A DNA stretch of 55,427 nt. It comes from Kiritimatiellia bacterium (GTDB lineage Bacteria; Verrucomicrobiota; Kiritimatiellia; UBA8416; SLMC01). The position numbers and the translations under genes were made by a program. This document shows, piece by piece, positions 26,836 through 36,143 of the stretch (the first letter of the stretch is position 1; every line of letters starts with the position of its first letter). The stretch is taken from positions 1 through 55,427 of the forward strand of contig SLKS01000018.1 of assembly GCA_007134465.1 (NCBI GenBank), read 5' to 3'. The notes beneath the pieces are model-generated. The model ran no database searches. It had not been told where the DNA came from and saw nothing but the letters and a program-made list of their open reading frames with translations.

Positions 26836-27938
26836 TGAGCATCGAATCGAGTCAGGTCGAAATGAACGAGTTGCTGCAGTTGTGCGTCGAGGAAGGCGCA
26901 TCGGACTTGCACCTGGCCGTAGGCGACCCGCCCATGCTCCGCATTCATGGCGGGCTGTCTCCCCTGGACTCTCCGCCGTTGACTCCCGAAGATACCGAAC
27001 GCCTCATGAAAAGCATCACATCGCCGGACCATCAGCAGAAGGTGCGCGAACAGGGCGGCACGGATTTCGGGTTCGGGTTCGGCGAGATGGCCCGGTTCCG
27101 CGTCAGCGTATTCAAGCAAAAGGGCAATGTCGGCCTGGTTTTGCGTCAGATTCCCAACGATTTGCTGAGCCTGGAAACGATCGGGCTTCCGCCTCAGGTC
27201 AAGGAACTGCTGTTTCGGCCGCGCGGGCTCATCTTGGTGACCGGCCCGACAGGCAGCGGCAAATCCACGACCTTGGCCAGCATGCTGAACGTTATCAACG
27301 AGGAACGCGACTGCCACGTCATCACCATCGAGGACCCGATCGAATACTATCACAATCACAAGAAATCCATCATTACCCAGCGCGAAATCGGCGTGGACGT
27401 TCCGTCGTTCAAGGAAGCGCTCAAGCGGGCGCTTCGGCAGGACCCCGACGTGATTCTGGTGGGTGAAATGCGCGATCTGGAAACGATGGAAGCGGCGATC
27501 ACGGCGGCGGAAACCGGCCATTTGGTTTTCGCCACGTTGCATACGACCGGCGCGGCCCGCACGGTGGACCGCATTGTGGACGCGTTCCCGACCAACCAGC
27601 AGGGTCAAATCCGCACGCAGCTTTCCATGGGCATTATTGCTGTGATTTCCCAGTTGCTGCTCGTGCGCGCCAATCAGAAAGGCCGGGTGGCCGCCTTTGA
27701 AATCATGATTTCCACGCCCGCCATACAGGCGCTGATCCGCGACAACAAGACCTATCGCATCACGTCGGACATTCAGACGGGCGCGAAGCACGGCATGATC
27801 ACGCTGGACGCGCATCTGATGGCGCTGTACGAAGCCGGCGAAATCCATTACGAGGATCTGATTACCAAATCGCAGGATCCGGACGCGATCGTTCAGAAAC
27901 TTCAGGAACGGACGGCAACATCGAAGTCGAAACGCTAG
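26835..27938 (+). CDS. pilT: Twitching-motility retraction ATPase PilT
   Basis: 3' part of fused track ORF 25410..27938. It starts at [14 protein letters not shown], 1-nt overlap with the pilB stop. Motifs: [28 protein letters not shown]-type His box. Confidence 0.9.
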   Translation: MSIESSQVEMNELLQLCVEEGASDLHLAVGDPPMLRIHGGLSPLDSPPLTPEDTERLMKSITSPDHQQKVREQGGTDFGFGFGEMARFRVSVFKQKGNVGLVLRQIPNDLLSLETIGLPPQVKELLFRPRGLILVTGPTGSGKSTTLASMLNVINEERDCHVITIEDPIEYYHNHKKSIITQREIGVDVPSFKEALKRALRQDPDVILVGEMRDLETMEAAITAAETGHLVFATLHTTGAARTVDRIVDAFPTNQQGQIRTQLSMGIIAVISQLLLVRANQKGRVAAFEIMISTPAIQALIRDNKTYRITSDIQTGAKHGMITLDAHLMALYEAGEIHYEDLITKSQDPDAIVQKLQERTATSKSKR

Positions 27939-28021
27939 CCCGGCCGGAACGGGGCGCCGAAGCGCGCTCGCGGAAGCCCGTATCGCTTCGGGGGCGGCGG
28001 CTTCGGGAAACGGAATACGTT

Positions 28022-29731
28022 ATGGCGGATACACAGACAGTTTTTTCGGACCCTCTCCTGCAACTGGCGGCGGAAAAGGATCTGGTGACGCCGGAACAGG
28101 CCGAGGACATCCAGGAAGAGCACAAGCATACCGGAAAACCGATACGCCAAATGCTGCTGGACTTGGAGATTGTCTCCGAAGATCGCCTGCTCGATATCGT
28201 GGCCGAGTATCTGGGCGTCAGCGTGGTGAACTTGCCGGCAATGGACATTGCGCCCGATGTGATTCACAGCGTGCCGGCCAGCGTGGCGCGCATGTACAAT
28301 GCCGTGCCGGTGAATGCGGGGCCGGCCTCCGTCGAGCTGGCGGTCTACGACCTGCTCAGCCCGCAGATCATGGACGAACTGGCTTTCGTGCTGACGCGCG
28401 ACGTGACCTTTGTCCTGGCGCGGCAGGAAGATGTCGTCACCTACATCAATCAGTTTTACGGGGACGACAGCGACACGATCAACGAAATGCTGTCCGCGCT
28501 CGAATCGGAATTCGACATGGACGCTTCCGCGACGGGCGACGAGGAAGACATCAAGGGGCTGGAGGAAGTGGCCGGCTCCACGCCGGTGATTCGTTTCGTC
28601 AATCTGGTGCTCTACCAAGCGGTGAACGACCGCGCCTCGGACATTCATTTCGAGCCGTTCGAGAAGGAGTTCAAGATTCGCTACCGCGTGGACGGCGCGC
28701 TGTACGAAATGGCGCCGCCGCCCAAGCGGCTGGCCATGCCCATCATCTCCCGCATCAAGGTCATGTCGGGGCTGAACATAGCGGAGCGGCGCCTGCCGCA
28801 GGACGGACGCATCCAGCTTTCGATCGGCGGCCGGCTGATCGATTTGCGCGTCTCGACGCTGCCGACCCAGTTCGGCGAAAGCGTCGTGTTGCGCGTGCTG
28901 GACCGCAGCGTGGTGTCGCTCGACATCGAAAACCTGGGCATGCCCGAAGACGTGCACGAGAGCTTTCTGCGCGACATCGCCAAGCCGAACGGCATTATCG
29001 TGGTGACCGGCCCCACCGGCTCGGGCAAAACGACCACGCTCTATTCCGGGTTGCGCCGGCTCAACAAAACGGAGCTGAAACTGCTGACGGCCGAGGAACC
29101 GGTCGAATACGACATTGACGGCATCGTTCAGGTGCCGATTCTTCAGGCGACGGGCAACACGTTCGCCAAAGTGCTGCGCGCGTTTCTGCGCCAGGACCCC
29201 GACGTGATGATGGTGGGCGAAATCCGCGACCTGGAAACGGCGCAGACGGCGGTGCAGGCGTCGCTGACCGGCCACTTGGTGTTCAGCACGCTGCACACGA
29301 ACGACGCCGCCGGCGCCATCACCCGCCTGATCGACATGGGCGTGGAGCCCTACCTGATCTCCTCGACGCTCGAGGCCGTGCTCGCCCAGCGTCTGGTTCG
29401 GGTCATTTGCGAACAATGCAAGCAAGGCTACAACCCCGACGATGAAATACTGCAGCGCCTGGGGCTGGACCGCGACGACGTGGGCAACCGCCAGTTCCAC
29501 TACGGCGCCGGCTGCGCGCGCTGCAGCGATACCGGCTATTTCGGGCGGCGCGGCATTTACGAGTATCTCTCCATCACCGAGCCGATCCGACAACTGATCA
29601 ACGACCGTCGGCCGACCTTGGCCATACGCAACCGGGCGGTCGAGCTGGGCATGCGAACGTTGCGCGAGGACGGCGTGCGCAACGTGCTCGACGGGTACAC
29701 GACCGTGGACGAAGTGCTCAAGTACACGTAA
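28022..29731 (+). CDS. GspE/PilB-family secretion ATPase, paralog 2
   Basis: 569-aa ORF with the same domain order as paralog 1: Gsp[12 protein letters not shown], tetracysteine CEQCK...CARCSDTGY. Confidence 0.85.
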   Translation: MADTQTVFSDPLLQLAAEKDLVTPEQAEDIQEEHKHTGKPIRQMLLDLEIVSEDRLLDIVAEYLGVSVVNLPAMDIAPDVIHSVPASVARMYNAVPVNAGPASVELAVYDLLSPQIMDELAFVLTRDVTFVLARQEDVVTYINQFYGDDSDTINEMLSALESEFDMDASATGDEEDIKGLEEVAGSTPVIRFVNLVLYQAVNDRASDIHFEPFEKEFKIRYRVDGALYEMAPPPKRLAMPIISRIKVMSGLNIAERRLPQDGRIQLSIGGRLIDLRVSTLPTQFGESVVLRVLDRSVVSLDIENLGMPEDVHESFLRDIAKPNGIIVVTGPTGSGKTTTLYSGLRRLNKTELKLLTAEEPVEYDIDGIVQVPILQATGNTFAKVLRAFLRQDPDVMMVGEIRDLETAQTAVQASLTGHLVFSTLHTNDAAGAITRLIDMGVEPYLISSTLEAVLAQRLVRVICEQCKQGYNPDDEILQRLGLDRDDVGNRQFHYGAGCARCSDTGYFGRRGIYEYLSITEPIRQLINDRRPTLAIRNRAVELGMRTLREDGVRNVLDGYTTVDEVLKYT

Positions 29732-29757
29732 GGCGGGCTGACGCCCGCAACCCAACG
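29729..29757 (+). repeat. Short hairpin module, family F, copy 2
   Basis: TAAGGCGGGCTGACGCCCGCAACCCAACGG. Its TAA is the stop codon of the second pilB paralog. Confidence 0.5.
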
Positions 29758-29898
29758 GCCTTCGGCCGAGATTCCTCGCAAGCTCGGAATGACAAAATCC
29801 AGGGCGCTATACTAAAACAGTCCGTCATCCCGCGTGTCCCGCCGAAGTTTTCTTGCGTAGGCGGAAGCCTGCGAGGGATCTCGCCGAAGGCGCAAAAC

Positions 29899-29918
29899 AT
29901 ACACGCAAAAACGTGTAT
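29899..29918 (-). terminator. Possible terminator of ispH
   Basis: The minus strand reads ATACACG-TTTTTG-CGTGTAT followed by GTTTTG, 17 nt after the ispH stop. Confidence 0.35.
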
Positions 29919-29934
29919 CTTCACCGGAAAGGCT

Positions 29935-30864
29935 TTAAGGGAAATCCGGCAGGGGAAAGCTGTGGACGTTTTCGCGCGCCACAACCAGGTTTTCCGTGCG
30001 GGCGAACCCTTGCGCGCGCACCTCGGCCAGTGCTTCCTCGAGAAACGATTCGGGGGTCGAGGCGCCGCTGGTCACCCCCAGCGTTTCGGTCGCGGACAGA
30101 TCCGCTTCCGCCAAGTCTTCGCGTTGGCTGATCAGATAGGCCGGCCGGCCGCAGGCGCGCGCGATTTCCGCCAGGCGCCGGCTGTTCGAGCTGTTGCGCG
30201 AGCCCAGCACGAGAATGGTGTCGGCGACGCGCGCCAGCGCCTGTACCGCCTGCTGCCGGTTCTGGGTCGCATAGCAAATGTCGCCCTTTTCCGGCGCGTC
30301 CAGGCGCGGAAACCGTTCCTGCAACCGCGCCAGCATGGCGTGGACGAATTCCACGCTCAGCGTCGTTTGCGTGACCACGCCGAGCCGGTCCGGGTCGGGC
30401 GGACAGACGGCCATCGCTTCCGCTTCGTTCTCGACGATCATCGTCCGCTCCGGCGCCTCGGCGGCCACGCCTTCGACTTCCTCGTGCCCGCGATGGCCGA
30501 TGAGCAGGATGCCGCAGTCGCGGGCGGCCAATCGCTGGGCTTTCGCATGGGCGCGGGTCACGAAGGGACAGGTCGCGTCCACAACCCGCAGCCGCTTGTC
30601 TTGCGCATCCTTGCGGACGGCCGGCGCTACGCCATGCGCGGAAAACAGGAGAGCGGCTTCGTCCGGCACGTCCGCGAGCGTTTCCACGAACCGAACCCCC
30701 TGTCGAGTCAGGTCTTCGACAATCTGCCGGTTATGCACCACTTCATGGTAGCAATAGACGGGCGGAGGATAGCGGCGGAGCGCTTCGGCAATCGCCTCGA
30801 CAGCTCGGGCCACCCCGGAGCAGAACCCGTGCGGATGGGCAATGATAACGCGTTTGTCATTCAT
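29935..30864 (-). CDS. ispH: 4-hydroxy-3-methylbut-2-enyl diphosphate reductase
   Basis: ORF 29935..31026 trimmed to MNDKRVIIAHPHGFCSGVARAVE. Conserved Cys positions are present, plus VVHNRQIV and ICYATQNRQ. Confidence 0.9.
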   Translation of the reverse strand: MNDKRVIIAHPHGFCSGVARAVEAIAEALRRYPPPVYCYHEVVHNRQIVEDLTRQGVRFVETLADVPDEAALLFSAHGVAPAVRKDAQDKRLRVVDATCPFVTRAHAKAQRLAARDCGILLIGHRGHEEVEGVAAEAPERTMIVENEAEAMAVCPPDPDRLGVVTQTTLSVEFVHAMLARLQERFPRLDAPEKGDICYATQNRQQAVQALARVADTILVLGSRNSSNSRRLAEIARACGRPAYLISQREDLAEADLSATETLGVTSGASTPESFLEEALAEVRAQGFARTENLVVARENVHSFPLPDFP

Positions 30865-31042
30865 GCGACCGGTTCCCCTGTTGCGCGCTCGCGACGACGC
30901 ATTGTGTTCCTGTGAAGAATTGTTGAAACTGTCATTGTTCCACGGTTTCCGGTTGCGTCTTCGGATGTCTATACAGCCGCCGATGTGGTTGCCGCGCTGT
31001 TGGTCGCGCGCGATATTGCCGGGCAAGCAAAGCGCGAAAGCG

Positions 31043-31825
31043 CTACGCCTCCGGCGGCCGTTCGCGAATCAGAGACGGGTAGCGACCGGCCTTGACATGG
31101 TCCACGAAGGAATAGGCGCATTGAAAAGTGTCGCGAACGGTTTGCGCGTCCATGCCTTGCGCCAGCGCCTGGCGCACGTTTTCGACAAGTTGCGGCAATG
31201 CCTTTTCCCGTTCCGCAAGCCGGCATTCGTCCTGAAAGGGCGTATAGGCTCGGCGGCGAATGGCGGCGGCCAGTTCCTGTTCGTCGCGAATGTCGTCGGC
31301 GAAGCGAGAGGCATAGATGCCGAGATTGTCGCGTCTATGCGCATCGGACGAGGCGATCAGCCCGCAACCGGTCTGCTCCTGAAACGCCCGGATTCCCGAC
31401 CGCTGAAACGCGCAGATGTTCATGCTCCAGGCTTCGCAGGCGTCGGGCGGCGCTTTCAGCAGGGATTCGGCGATCGTATCGCGATAGCGGAGCGGATGGG
31501 CCAGAATTGTCGCGCCGCCCTGGCGCCGAACTTCCCGGATCACGGCCGCGATGGAGCGGCGCCCGGTCAGCGCGCCCGGATCGGACGCGCCGTAGACCAG
31601 CAAGTCCTCTTCTTCGGCCGTGTTGATTTCCATGCCGCGGAAGATGCGCACGCGCGGGAATGCCGCGCGCAGTTCGGCGATTTCGCCGTCCGGCCAGAAG
31701 GCATTGTGCTCGGTAATGGCCACGGCGTCGAGCCCCCGCTCCATGGCGGCGGCCATCATGGCTTCGGCCGTATCCTTTCCGCAGGCGGAATAGCGCGAGG
31801 TGTGCATGTGTACGTCTAGGAGCAT
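31043..31825 (-). CDS. PHP-domain metal-dependent phosphoesterase
   Basis: 3' part of fused track ORF 31043..33340, starting at MLLDVHMHTSRYSACG. Motifs: HMH, ITEHN, GMEIN, ILAHP. It overlaps the ATPase stop by ~10 nt. Confidence 0.75.
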   Translation of the reverse strand: MLLDVHMHTSRYSACGKDTAEAMMAAAMERGLDAVAITEHNAFWPDGEIAELRAAFPRVRIFRGMEINTAEEEDLLVYGASDPGALTGRRSIAAVIREVRRQGGATILAHPLRYRDTIAESLLKAPPDACEAWSMNICAFQRSGIRAFQEQTGCGLIASSDAHRRDNLGIYASRFADDIRDEQELAAAIRRRAYTPFQDECRLAEREKALPQLVENVRQALAQGMDAQTVRDTFQCAYSFVDHVKAGRYPSLIRERPPEA

Positions 31826-34545
31826 GTTTCGGCAATTCCTTTCCGGGCAGGCGAGCCATAGACCCCCAGCCATTTGAAACATTCGTCCGCCAGCAGAATG
31901 ACGCCGGCCGCGGCCGAAATCGTCAGCCAGTCGAAGAGCGTCAGCGGCTCGATGCCGAACAGGGTCTGTCCGGCCGCTGTTTGCGTAACGAGAACCTGAA
32001 GCAGGACGGCCGTGCCGATGCCGGCCCACAGGCTCCGATTGGAAAACAGCCCGATCGAAAACAGGGAAGACGACGAAGAGCGCGCGTTCAGGGCGTGAAA
32101 CCATTGGAAGGCCGCCAGCGCGGTGAAGGCCACGGTTTGCGCGTGGGCCGCGCTGCCGTACGTCAATTCGAGCGCGTACAGTCCGAGCGTGCCCGCCGCC
32201 ATGAGCGGTGCGAGCAGCAGAATGCGGCGCAGCAGAAAACGGTCCAGCACGCCGGCCTGCGGCGAGCGCGGCGGCTGGCGCAGCACGTTGCGATGCCGCG
32301 GCTCGATCCCGAGCGGAATGGTGCAGGCTCCGTCCGTAACCAGGTTGATCCACAGGATCATGGCGGCGGTAAGCGGCAGAGGCAGGCCGACGAGCAGCGC
32401 GCCAACCAGCGTAATGATTTCGCCCAGATTCGTGGTCAGCAGAAAGAAGACCACGCGCCGCAGGTTGGCGAAGATGGTGCGGCCTTCTTCGACCGCATGC
32501 ACGATGGTGGCGAAATCGTCGTCGGCCAGCACGATGTCGGCGGCTTCCTTGGCCACTTCCGTGCCGGCTTGGCCCATGGCCACGCCGATATCGGCGCCTT
32601 TCAGCGCGGGCGCGTCGTTGACGCCGTCGCCAGTCATGGCCACGACCTGTCCGCGCCGCTTCAGCGCCTGAAGGATACGCAGCTTGTGCGCGGGCGACAC
32701 GCGCGCGTAGACGGCGGCGGTTTCCGCCGCGCTCTCGAGCTGTTCGTCGGACATGGCGTCGAGATCGCGGCCCGTGACGACGTTCCGGCCGTGACCGGCA
32801 ATGCCGGTTTCGCGGGCGATGGCGGCGGCGGTCGCGGCATGGTCGCCCGTGATCATGACCACGCGAATGCCCGCGCCTTGCGCGTCGGCGATGGCCCGGA
32901 TGGCTTCGGGACGCGGCGGATCGACCAGTCCCCAGAGCCCGACGAAAATCAGCCCGTTCTCGACCTGGTCGCGCATCAGATCCGTTTCGCCGCGCGGCAG
33001 CGGTTTGACGGCTCCGGCGACCACGCGCAGCGCCTGGTCGGCGAAGGCGGCGTTGGCGGTTTCGATCGCGGCCCGGTGTTCGGCGGTTAGCGGTTGCGGC
33101 CGGCCGCCGATCATGACGCGGTCGCAGAAGCCAAGCAAGCGATCGGGCGCGCCTTTCACATAGGCGGTTGCGTCCGCCTTCCTGCTCTTGCCATGGCGCA
33201 CGGCCATGTACTTGTGCTCGCTGCCGAACGGGATCTCGGCCTGGCGCGGCCCGAACGGTTCCAGTCGTTTCGTATCGAAACCGCCCTTGCGCGAGGCGAC
33301 CAGTATGGCTCCGTCCGTCGGCGTGCCGCGCAGCCGCCACGCGCCGTTTTCGCGGGCCAGCGTCGCGTTGTTGTTCAAGGCGCCGATCCGCAACAGCAAA
33401 TCGAGACCCGGATCTTCGGCGATGGCGGCGGAATCGGCATGGGCGTTCGTCCGGATTTCGCCTTCCGGCGCGAATCCGGCTCCGGTGACGCGCGCTTGCG
33501 CGGAAAGCGTCCAGAGATGGGTTGCGGTCATTTCGTTGCGGGTGATTGTGCCGGTTTTGTCGGAACAGATCACCGTGGTCGAGCCCAGTGTTTCCACGGC
33601 GGGCAGTCTTCGCACGATCGCGTTGCGGCGGGCCATGCGTTGGACGCCGAGCGCCAAGGTGACGCTGATGACGGCCGGCAGCCCCTCCGGGATGGCCGAG
33701 ACGGCGACGGCCACACTGAACAGCGCCATGTCCGCCCAGTTATGGCCGCGGAACAGGCCCAGCAGGAAGACGATGCCGGCCATGGCGATGCCGGCTCCGC
33801 CCAAGAGCGCGCCCAGCCGGGAAAGCCGCCGCTGCAAGGGCGTCTGTTCGCGTTCCGTGCTGCGCACGGCGCCGGCGATGCGGCCCAAGGTGGTGCTCAT
33901 GCCGATATCCGTCACCACCGCCCGCCCGCGGCCGGCAGTGACGGCCGTGGACATCCAAACCATGTTGTGCCGGTCGCCAAGCCCGCAGTCCGGCGCCAGG
34001 GTGTCCGGCTGTTTGCGGACCGGTTCGCTTTCGCCGGTGAGCGCCGATTCGTTCGTGCGCAGATCCACGCTTTCAAGCACGCGCGCGTCGGCCGCCACGC
34101 GGTCGCCGGTTTCCAGCAGCAGAATGTCGCCCGGCACGATGGCTTCGGACGATACCGTTGTCGGCCGGCCGTCGCGCAGGACCTTGGCGTGCGGCACGGC
34201 CAGCTCGTGCAGGGCTTCCATGGCGCGGTCCGCCTTCCATTCCTGGATGCCGCCCAGAATCGTGTTCAGCGCAATGACGGCGCCGATAACCGCGGCATCC
34301 ACCGCATGCCCCGTTGCCAGCGACAAAACGGCCGCCCCGGCCAGCAGGTAGATCAGGGGATTGCGCACCTGGTGCAACAGAATGCTCCAGACGGTGACCG
34401 GTTCGGCGGCCTCGAGCGTGTTCTTGCCGGACTGCGCCTGCCGATGCGGGATTTCCGAATCGCGCAAACCTTGTTCGCCCGATCCCAGCCGACCCCACAA
34501 CGTTTCCTCGTCCAGCGCGTGCCATGCCGTTTCGTTTCGATTCAT
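31816..34545 (-). CDS. P-type cation-transporting ATPase (P2A/Ca2+-ATPase-like)
   Basis: 909-aa ORF. Motifs: DKTGTITRNEM, PEGLPAVISVTLALG, MITGDHAATA, TGDGVNDAPALK. Confidence 0.9.
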   Translation of the reverse strand: MNRNETAWHALDEETLWGRLGSGEQGLRDSEIPHRQAQSGKNTLEAAEPVTVWSILLHQVRNPLIYLLAGAAVLSLATGHAVDAAVIGAVIALNTILGGIQEWKADRAMEALHELAVPHAKVLRDGRPTTVSSEAIVPGDILLLETGDRVAADARVLESVDLRTNESALTGESEPVRKQPDTLAPDCGLGDRHNMVWMSTAVTAGRGRAVVTDIGMSTTLGRIAGAVRSTEREQTPLQRRLSRLGALLGGAGIAMAGIVFLLGLFRGHNWADMALFSVAVAVSAIPEGLPAVISVTLALGVQRMARRNAIVRRLPAVETLGSTTVICSDKTGTITRNEMTATHLWTLSAQARVTGAGFAPEGEIRTNAHADSAAIAEDPGLDLLLRIGALNNNATLARENGAWRLRGTPTDGAILVASRKGGFDTKRLEPFGPRQAEIPFGSEHKYMAVRHGKSRKADATAYVKGAPDRLLGFCDRVMIGGRPQPLTAEHRAAIETANAAFADQALRVVAGAVKPLPRGETDLMRDQVENGLIFVGLWGLVDPPRPEAIRAIADAQGAGIRVVMITGDHAATAAAIARETGIAGHGRNVVTGRDLDAMSDEQLESAAETAAVYARVSPAHKLRILQALKRRGQVVAMTGDGVNDAPALKGADIGVAMGQAGTEVAKEAADIVLADDDFATIVHAVEEGRTIFANLRRVVFFLLTTNLGEIITLVGALLVGLPLPLTAAMILWINLVTDGACTIPLGIEPRHRNVLRQPPRSPQAGVLDRFLLRRILLLAPLMAAGTLGLYALELTYGSAAHAQTVAFTALAAFQWFHALNARSSSSSLFSIGLFSNRSLWAGIGTAVLLQVLVTQTAAGQTLFGIEPLTLFDWLTISAAAGVILLADECFKWLGVYGSPARKGIAETCS

Positions 34546-34549
34546 AGCT

Positions 34550-35935
34550 CTATTCCTTCAATAGGTTCAGCGGGGTCAGCGCCCGCGTGCGGGCGATGAA
34601 CAGAAAGGCGTCGTATCGGTCCGGAAGCGACGTAGGCACGTACTGGCCGGGCGATTCCGGTCCCGACCGGTACACGACGCCGATCGCCCGGTGTCCGCGC
34701 GGAACGCGCAAGGCCGCCGGAACGGAATCGGCTTCGAACAGAAACAGAGCCATGGGCATGCCCAGACGGTTCATCCAGTCTTCGAACGTGTTTTCGAGGG
34801 CCGCCGGCACGGGCATGCGCTCGCGTGGCGCACCCCATTTGCGCCCGGCCTTGACCGTGCCGCGATGGGTGCCGAATCCGAGAATGGCCACGCGTTCGCG
34901 GCCCAGCCGCAGGCGGGCGGTCTTGCCGATGTTGCGCCGGCCCTGGCCGGCCATCGGCGTGGCGCGCGCGTCGCCGACATGCGTATTGTGCGCCCAGACG
35001 ATTCCACGCGATTCGTCGCCGTAGAACTCGAGCAGACGTTCGACCGCGCGATAGAAGTGATCCGCGCGCTCGTTCCAGGAATCGGCGCTTTGCCGGGCCA
35101 TGGCACGGAAATGCCGCTCGGCGGATTGCACGACAGCGGCGCATTGCTCGATATGAAGCGCCGTGAAAGGACAGCGCGCGCGCAGCGCCTCCGCATGGTC
35201 GGCCACCAGCGCCCGCCCGCGGTCGGCCGCAGGTTCGAGCGAGGGCGCGCCCGCCGCCAGTGCGCGTGGATAGCGGCCGGGATTGTCGCGAAAGGGCTCG
35301 AACGGCTTGTAGACGGAACGGGCCTGTTCGCCGAGTTCGGGATCGAACGCGGCCAATCCGTTCACAACTTCGTCGCGCGCGTCGTCCATGCCGTACACGT
35401 CCATGCCGTAGAACCCGACCCGTTCGTCCGCGGGCCGGTCGTTGTTGAATTCGCGCAGCCATTCGATCAGAGCAAGCGTTTCCTCGTTGGCCCACATCCA
35501 CACGGGCCAGCGCGCGAACCCGCTCATGATCGCGCGCGCGTTCGGCCCGGCATCCGGCCAATGCTTCACGTAGCGGTTCAGCCGGTGCAGCGTTGCCCAA
35601 TCGCCTTCGACCGCGACAAAGCGGAACCCGCGCTCTTCGATCAGCCGCCGGCTGACAGCCGCCCTTTTCGTGTAGAATTCCGCCGTTCCGTGGCTGGCTT
35701 CGCCCAACAGAGCCAGACGCGCTCGGCCCAGCCGCTCGACAAGCGGATCGAGACAGCGCCCGCTTTCGATCGGACGCGCCAGCGTCCGCAGCGACGCCAA
35801 CGGTTCCGGCTCTTCGCTGGCGGGAACCGCGCGGGAGGGCGGGAGAGCAGGCGCCGGCTTGTCCGGCGACGGACGGCAGGCCGTGCCGGACAGCAGCGTT
35901 ACGACGATCGCAACGGCGGGCAGTAGTCGTGTCAT
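34550..35935 (-). CDS. Erythromycin-esterase-family protein (secreted/lipoprotein)
   Basis: 461-aa ORF with a signal peptide and LLSGTAC lipobox. LLGEASHGTAEFYTKRAAVSRRLIEERGFRFVAVEGDW is typical of the Ere family. Confidence 0.75.
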   Translation of the reverse strand: MTRLLPAVAIVVTLLSGTACRPSPDKPAPALPPSRAVPASEEPEPLASLRTLARPIESGRCLDPLVERLGRARLALLGEASHGTAEFYTKRAAVSRRLIEERGFRFVAVEGDWATLHRLNRYVKHWPDAGPNARAIMSGFARWPVWMWANEETLALIEWLREFNNDRPADERVGFYGMDVYGMDDARDEVVNGLAAFDPELGEQARSVYKPFEPFRDNPGRYPRALAAGAPSLEPAADRGRALVADHAEALRARCPFTALHIEQCAAVVQSAERHFRAMARQSADSWNERADHFYRAVERLLEFYGDESRGIVWAHNTHVGDARATPMAGQGRRNIGKTARLRLGRERVAILGFGTHRGTVKAGRKWGAPRERMPVPAALENTFEDWMNRLGMPMALFLFEADSVPAALRVPRGHRAIGVVYRSGPESPGQYVPTSLPDRYDAFLFIARTRALTPLNLLKE

Positions 35936-36143
35936 GCGAATGGTTCCTCCGCGTTATGGTCGGTTCTCACTCTGCGAAAAAGCGCGCGCACTGTCAACCC
36001 CGGGAATTGGGCGCCCCGCTTCGCCGCGCCTCTCCATCCTGCTTGCCATGAGGCGGGGTTTATGATTGAGTGGCGTTTCACCGATGCGAAGACCCCCTGC
36101 TGTCGGCTTCGACAGGGCGCGCTGCGCGTCAAGGAGAAACGGA

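Noticed and set aside
25410-27938. An 842-aa track ORF that seems to fuse a long N-terminal region to PilT.
   Set aside because: The first ~475 codons are an out-of-frame read through pilB (Arg/Gly-rich, no motifs). Only the part from MSIESSQ (26835) is PilT. The same situation applies to 31043..33340 (only the last 260 aa are the PHP protein), 39579..40436 (tolR) and 39983..41146 (tolA).
31801-31921. My manual base indexing of the printed sequence disagreed by one position with the ORF track around 31801-31920. The track implies an extra T at the 31800/31801 junction and one C fewer at 31920/31921.
   Set aside because: This is most likely a reading or format artefact rather than biology. 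I used the ORF-track frames for the ATPase stop (31816) and the PHP start (31825). Coordinates of non-ORF features elsewhere could be off by 1 nt for the same reason.
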